Source of the DNA: Octopus vulgaris
Taxonomy: Eukaryota
Assembly (NCBI GenBank): GCA_951406725.2
Contig: OX597820.1
Location: 41,850,001 to 41,914,000, forward strand
Reading direction: 5' to 3'
DNA: 64,000 nt
Part shown: in pieces, positions 57,798 through 64,000 of the stretch
Numbering within the stretch: position 1 is the stretch's first letter
How the letters are laid out: the number at the start of each line of letters is the position of its first letter
The notes under the pieces: generated by a model
The model's database searches: none
Told to the model about the DNA's origin: nothing
Seen by the model: only the letters and a program-made list of their open reading frames with translations
Position numbers and translations under genes: made by a program

Positions 57798-58218
57798 TTT
57801 ACGAGAAGGTGGTTGAATGCGAAGTTGGAATCTGGTAGTTAGAGGCTTCGAGACATGAGAAGTGATGTGATGTGGGACAACAACGGAAGACAACACTCAG
57901 TGGGATATCAAAGTATACCGGAACCAAAGCAAGGAGTGAGGGGAAGAGAGACAGAGAAAGAGAGAGAGAGAGAGAAAGAGAAAAAGAGAGAATGAGCGAG
58001 AGTTCTAATGCGAATCTACATACAGCCATATATGCAAATTATGTGTTTATGTATTTAATATTTACACATGCACACCCAAACTCCCCATACATACATATAT
58101 AAACACATATGTATGCACACACTCACACACAAATACGTAGACACACACAAACACACACACATATACAAAAAATATACATACATATACATACATACATACA
58201 TATATATACATGTATATA

Positions 58219-58263
<45 letters not shown>

Positions 58264-58960
58264 TATATATATACATATACATATACGCATAAACACATAT
58301 ACCCAGAAAGTGTGAGCGTATATCTTTGCGGAGAGAGAAAGAGACAGCCAGCCAGACAGACAGACAGACGGACAGACAGACAGACTGACTGGCTGAGAGA
58401 GAGATATTTAAAAACAGAGATTAGATAAGCACACTGGCAGTTAGAGAGGAGTCAGTGAACGATAACACAGTGGTTAGAAGAATATAGAAAGTAATAGATA
58501 AATAACAAAATATAGAGAAATTTGCAGTGTTGAAAGTTATACTGATAGACACGTCAGTGAATAACTAGATGCATAAATCATAACAGAGTTGTGTTACTTC
58601 GATAGATAGTTAGGAGAGAGAGAGCACATTGAAACGATGCAGAAAGGAGGAGCGTTGGACAGAACAACGAAATGGAGTTTCTTATATTAACTAATATATA
58701 AGATATGAAATATTTGTGTTGTGTCATATATTAAAACGTCTATATGTATGTGTTTTAATATTGCTATATAAGCGTCAAATATAATATATTTATTGGGTCG
58801 TATTTGGATTTGTTATGCATTTATGTTTCAATGTAAGGTAGAATTTATGTATGTGTACATATGTACGTGTGTGTGTGTGTATGTAATATATATATATATG
58901 TAGTATATATATATATATTTATATATACATATATATTTATATATACATATACATATACAT

Positions 58961-58993
<33 letters not shown>

Positions 58994-58996
58994 CTT

Positions 58997-59072
<76 letters not shown>

Positions 59073-59245
59073 AACGTGTTACCTGCAAGGAAACAGTTTA
59101 TTATCTATCTATCTATCTATCTACCTACCTACCTATCTATATTTCTGTGTGCCGGTGTGTTTGACTGTCTGTCTGACTGGCTGGCTGTCTGCCTACTACC
59201 AGTCTCCTTAACCATATCGAACACTCATGTGTGTGTCCGTGTGTG

Positions 59246-59285
<40 letters not shown>

Positions 59286-59582
59286 AGTATATGTATATAT
59301 ATGTATGTATATATCGCGCCTGTATTAAGTGAATGCAAACTTCAGTTATATTTAATGGCTAATATCTATGTATGCATTTGTAATAGTGATAGGTTGTATA
59401 TTTTTCAAACATACAAAAACACGTGGAGATATGCACGCACACACACACACATGTATATTAAGATATAATATTAATACGAATGTATGGATATGTCCATATA
59501 GTTTTGTTGAGGTTTCTTTTATTGTTTATTTGGCTAATTATTTATATGCATGTCTGCCTCCTATGCATGTATGTATGTATGA

Positions 59583-59634
<52 letters not shown>

Positions 59635-60304
59635 GTATATATGAATGTCTGTGTGCATGTACATGCATATGAGTGTATGCTTGCATGCATGTATGTATGT
59701 ATGTTTGAATGTATGTATGAAGAAAGCAAAATATTAGTCGATATATTTATTAATTGAAAAATCCCATGCTTCTATGTATTTACCCTTGTCGCTTTTTATG
59801 AATCTATCCATACATGCCTTTATACGTGCATACAGACACATGTTTATATATGTATATATGTGTATGTGTGTGTGTGTGTGTGTGTAAGGAGCACTGAAGT
59901 ATATGTGGATGTGCGTGTGCATATGTGTATAGCTATTAAGTGGAAAAAATACCTAAAGTAGTTCATATCCGTTCTATTCCGAGTATACACACTTTCTATG
60001 TTCACACACACACACACACACACACACACAGATACACATATACATATATGTACACACACACACATATATGTATGTATGTTTCTCTGCTTATATGTATAGA
60101 TATACATATATATATATATATACATATGTATATATATATGCATATATATGCTTATGCATATACGTATGTATATGTGCGTGTATGTGCGTATATGTATATA
60201 TTTATACATACATACATACATTCATATATATATATATATATATATGTATATGTATATATATATGTATGTATGTATGTGTGTGCGAATGTATATATAAATA
60301 TTTA

Positions 60305-60354
<50 letters not shown>

Positions 60355-60501
60355 TATACACACACACACATATATATAGGGAATGACAAAGTGAGTTGTG
60401 TGCAAAGAAGGAGATTGCTTACTTTTGACAAACTCATTAATTAATTTTTCCACAAAACTGTTTATCATCTTGAAATTACGCACTCACAATCAACGTGCGG
60501 G

Positions 60502-60547
<46 letters not shown>

Positions 60548-61245
60548 TGTGAGGGCGCGTCTGCGCGTTTCTGTATGTGTGTGTGTGTGTTTGTGTATAA
60601 ATAAGTGCGTATTAGTGTGTGTTCGCATCTATATGCGTGTATGCACATTTTGTGTGTATTCCTGTTTGCGTGTGAAACCAATGAAAAGGGGAGAGGGGAC
60701 GTGATAATGAGATGAAAGATAAACACACATTCTCTCTCTCTCTCTTTCAATCCACTTCCCACTCTCTGTCTCAATCCTACTCATACACACATACCCGCAA
60801 ACACATACACACATACACACACAACTATACTCATAGGGACACATACGCATACGTTCTCTCACACATGGCAGTAACAATTTCTTATTAAACTGCAGCCCCT
60901 GCTGTCAGTTTGTTATAAGGTTTACATTCAATCTAATTTAATTTATAACTTCTATGTAAAGCCAGAGAGCTGATTTTATGTTCATATGTAATTATTTAAT
61001 ACATTAAAGGAAAAAGTAAATAAACAGGCCATCTATCTATATATAAAAATACAGATTTTTCACTTAGCCGAGTTTGCGGCCCGTTCTTGTTATTGCTTCT
61101 ATCATTTTTATTTAAAATTTTTTTTCTAATGTTATTTTTTTTAAAAATTATATTTATTTATATCTTTTTAACATTTCCCTTTGTAAGTTTACTTTTTAGG
61201 CTGTGAATCCAACTAAAAGTGTATTAACTTTCATTGTAATAAACT

Positions 61246-61254
61246 GATGATGTC

Positions 61255-61331
<77 letters not shown>

Positions 61332-61495
61332 CGATGGTGATGATGATGGTGATGATGGTGATGATGATGATGATGATGACGATGACGACAACGACAGCGA
61401 CGGTGATGATTGTAATGGTGATGGTGATGATGATGATGATGTCATCGTCGTGATCATCATCATCATCATCATTATCATCAACTTCAACATCATCT
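61246..61495. repeat. (GAT)n tract followed by (CAT)n tract
   Basis: Seen directly; orientation switches at about 61440-61455. Confidence 0.95.
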
Positions 61496-61724
61496 CCATG
61501 ATAGCGGTAGCTTAAAATGGGATTTCAGAAAAGGCTGAGAGAGTGAAGGAGAAAAAGAGAGAATGAGAGTGAGAGAAAGTGAGAGAGAGAGTAAGTTCTT
61601 GATAAAAGGAGAGTGCGTAAAATTGTGTGTATAAATGCATGTATGTTTATATATATTTATATCTTTCCACGCGTGAGGTCGTGTGTGCGTGTGCGTGTGT
61701 GTGTATGTATGTGTGTATGTATGT

Positions 61725-61755
<31 letters not shown>

Positions 61756-62096
61756 CGTGCATGTTTGTGCTTCTGTTATATTGGAATAAGGAGAAAACTG
61801 AGAAATAGTGATGAGAAAGTGGGAGAGGAATGTAAACATGTACGAGGCAATGCAAGAGAATGGGAGAGCAAGAGAGAAAGAGAAAGAAAATGAGAGGAAG
61901 TGAGAGGTATTGAGAGAGCAAGCGAGCCAATGAGAGAGAGAGGGGGAAGAGATAGAGTGAGAGACGGAGTTGTTTTTTTTTTTAAGAAAGGCTGTATGGA
62001 ATTTGATGAGGAATTTTGAAATTCTTGACAGAATGAGAGATATTGATGAAGGAGAGAGGTAAAGGGTGTGAGTGAGATAAATAGAAATATAGAAAG

Positions 62097-62130
<34 letters not shown>

Positions 62131-62399
62131 GGGGAGAGATACAATTCAATAAGTTAGAAAGAGTTACTTATAGGAAAATCGGAGAGAAATTTGAGGAATA
62201 AAGTTTGTGTGAGTGCTTAGGAAGATGTGCATGTATAAGTGTGAGTATGTACGCGTGTGAGTGTGTGTGAGTGCTTGTGTGTGTGTGTTTGTGTGTGTGT
62301 GTGTGCTTGTTATTTTGGGAAAGACTGTGAAATCTCTCAATCACTGAACAGAAACACTGTGTTAAGGGAGTGAGTAAATCAAACATATATGTACATAGT

Positions 62400-62437
<38 letters not shown>

Positions 62438-62540
62438 AGATGGATTGATTGATGGATAGACAGATAGACAGATGGACAGATAGACAGAACAACCTACATC
62501 CATATGGATATATACATACATACATACATACATACATACA

Positions 62541-62576
<36 letters not shown>

Positions 62577-64000
62577 TAAATATATATATATGGAGAGAGA
62601 GAGAGGGGGGAACAGGAGAAGTTAAGAAAATGTCGAGATAGAGGTGAATGCATAAAGAGAGAAAGTGTTTTTCCGGTTGGGGCAGAAAATATTGACAAAG
62701 ACGAAAAGAAAGTGCAAAAAGTTAAAATCATTGTTTGATAACCATGTAACAGACACACACACACACAGACTCACATACACATACACACACACACACACAC
62801 AAACACATATATGTATATGAGAGATACACACAGAACGATCGAGCGAGAGAGAGAGAGAGAAAGATATGAAGGAGAAAGAGAGAGCGAATCAAGGTAAGGA
62901 GAGAGAGGCTGTCAAAGAAGTGAAATTAATATAGATTGGTAACTATAGCAGTAGATTAATAATCTGAGAATGGGACAGAGGAAAGAAAGGATGAAAGAAA
63001 TAAAGAAACAGAGAACGAAAGTAAAGAGAAAGGATGAGGAGGAGGAGGAGGAAGAAGAAAAGAAACTATGATTGGTAAATGTATGGATCGATAGAAGGAA
63101 AGAAGAAATAGAGTTGGAGTGAGAAATAGTAAACGAGGGAGTAAACGAAGTGTTAAAGAAAGACAGAGAGGAGGAAAGAGGCAATAGAAAGAGACAGAAC
63201 TAGAGTGGAACAATAAACAAAGAATAGTGAGAGATACATATTAAGAAGGAGAGAGAGAGAGGGAGAGGGAGAGAGGGAGAGAGGGAGAGAGTGGTGCGGA
63301 GAAAGCCGAAGGATGAGAGGTAAACAAACCTATGCTTCCTTCGTATGCTCCATATTGAGAGCAACCACACGTTTATTTCAATAGCAGTAGAAGACACAAG
63401 AAGTATCTTTCTTTTCTCCCTTCTTTCACTCTCTCTCTCTCTCTCACATTGCCTATTCACTCTCTGTCTCTCTCGCTCTTTCGCACAGTCGCTTTCTCCT
63501 GTCTCTGTAATATTTCCTACACTTTCATTCGTTTCTCCCCGTCATCCATTCCATGCTCTTCGTCGTCTTGCAAAAATCCCATTGGGCTTGGCTGTCTTTT
63601 GTTATCTTTGCTACCGCCTGTGTTATTTTTACGGAAAGAGATTCAACAAGAATGAAATGCGTTTTGAGGGGGGTGGAATACATGAACACACACACAGACA
63701 CACTTATGCATGGAGGCACATATGTGTGTGTGTATGTATGTACTTATGTATGTATGTATGTATGTATGTATGTATGTATGTATGTATGTATGTACTTATT
63801 TATGCATGTATGTATGTATGCATGTATGTATGTATGTATGCGTGTATGTATGTATGTAAGTATGTATGTATGTATGTATACTGTTTTTCCTTCTCATGAT
63901 TTCTATTCACTATTCTTGAATATACGTATATATGCCGACACCTATGAACGTGTTTGTATATAACATACCTGAATTACACGTATGTGTGTATATGAGTGTC

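Overview
Eukaryotic, very AT-rich, microsatellite-saturated non-coding DNA: (TA)n, (TATC)n, (TATG)n, (CA)n, (GA)n and compound trinucleotide arrays. The repeat density and SINE sequences resemble an octopus (coleoid cephalopod) genome; this is inferred, not verified. No intact host protein-coding gene is recognisable, and nearly all listed ORFs are microsatellite read-throughs. Supported content: three 5'-truncated copies of one L1/Tx1-type LINE (zf-RVT C-terminus), all starting inside (TATC)n repeats; a 5'-truncated Penelope-like element (RT plus C-terminal GIY-YIG); a mariner transposase remnant nested in a SINE; about 15 tRNA-derived SINE copies or fragments from several families; and short (TA)n-embedded elements, several of them foldbacks, two families of which carry hammerhead-ribozyme-like scaffolds with non-canonical cores. 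Most notable candidates: apparent (TATC)n target specificity of the LINE; a minus-strand recursive-splice (AG|GTAAGT) site with a 61-nt RS-exon, suggesting the window lies in a very long intron; variant hammerheads; and a GC-rich island near 39.1 kb that reads both as a TATA+Inr promoter and as a pri-miRNA-like hairpin. All calls were made by eye, without alignment or folding tools.
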